Source of the DNA: Camelus dromedarius
Taxonomy: Eukaryota
DNA length: 64,000 bases
NCBI RefSeq assembly: GCF_036321535.1
Contig: NC_087437.1
Location: 97,094,001-97,158,000 of the forward strand
Direction: 5' to 3'
This document shows, piece by piece, positions 63,146 through 64,000 of the stretch. The notes below the pieces were generated by a model. It made no database searches, was not told the origin of the DNA, and saw nothing but the letters and a program-made list of their open reading frames with translations. The translations under genes were made by a program, and so were the position numbers. Every line of letters begins with the position of its first letter. Position 1 is the stretch's first letter.

Positions 63146-64000
63146 GTAAGGTCCTCATTTCAGAAGACAGCAATGTTGACTGTAATGGATACATTCTCTT
63201 GAGTAACTTTTTGATATAAGTATGTGCACAATGCATAAACAATGATGAATAGTAGTACAGTATCTTTCTGATTAATGTTGTATATACTAGGAGTTATTTA
63301 AAACAGTTCATACAAAGCAGTATATTTCTGAATCATTTTCCATCCAATTCCCTCTGTATTTCCAACCCAAGGCAGCTGACTAGTTCTCCAGTAATTTCCA
63401 AGTTCCTTTGGGTAACTCAATCTCTCTCATCCGACTTAACATTAATTTTTAAGATTTGTATGTGGAATGTGTGAGTGTGTGTAGGCACATGCCATTTAGT
63501 TTACAAAAGATGAGAGGAAAGCTGGGCATTGAATGGCGAAAGGAGATCATATGTTGATATGGCTGATACATATCATGTTAATATGTATTGATGGTGCATA
63601 TAATGATTTCAATCAGTCTTCACTGATGATCAAGTAAATTAACTCTACGATATTTGTAGTTTAATTAGGATAGTTGTTCTAGTCAATCTTCTTTTACTTT
63701 TCTTTTGTTTTTAATCTATTGATTCTTAAAGTTTCAAAACCCCAAAATGAAAACACAGATTACTGAGGGTAAGCCATGGGATACCCAAGAGACACACACA
63801 CTAATGCCATTGTGTTTTCAAATCTTTCTTCACCTCAGTCTGGCAGTTGCAGTCTGTGGCCCTCACCCTGGAACCCCCTCAAATCTGGAGCTGCATTTTT
63901 TAAATTAAAAGTTATCTAAACTGTGTATCCTTTCTCCACAAATAACTTTAACATAGGGATATATTAAGCTGGAAGGAGTGTATTTTCATCATTTCTCACA

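Noticed and set aside
1..64000. All ORFs in the six-frame track as protein-coding genes
   Set aside because: All are 108 aa or shorter, none resembles a protein family I recognise, many use non-ATG starts, and many overlap repeats or simple sequence. This is what non-coding mammalian DNA produces by chance.
1..64000. CRISPR array, operon or prokaryotic defence system
   Set aside because: The sequence is mammalian. There is no repeat-spacer array and no gene-dense region.

Overview
AT-rich, CpG-depleted mammalian genomic DNA, almost certainly from a camelid (camel, alpaca or llama): it carries two copies of the camelid tRNA(Ala)-derived SINE and a cetartiodactyl-type L1 3' end. I find no supportable protein-coding gene. 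All ORFs are 108 aa or shorter and many overlap repeats or low-complexity sequence. The window looks like intergenic DNA or the interior of a very long intron, and I could not identify the locus. Most recognisable content is transposon fossils: L1 3' ends, many L2/MIR/L3 fragments, MaLR (MLT1) and ERVL (MLT2) solo LTRs, two ERV1 solo LTRs, and the DNA transposons MER46C, MER58A, MER94 and Charlie4z-like. Several have readable target-site duplications (TSDs) or nested arrangements. Subfamily names come from my recollection of consensus sequences and need RepeatMasker/Dfam confirmation. The non-repeat signals most worth checking are: a possible + strand promoter with a spliced exon chain (55.7-63.1 kb); a recursive-splice-type AG|GTAAGT site at 49544; a GC-rich 78-nt hairpin at 55319-55396; and homeodomain and neural motif clusters at 38.8 kb and 23.3 kb. 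I found no convincing evidence for a novel biological system; the findings are hypotheses.
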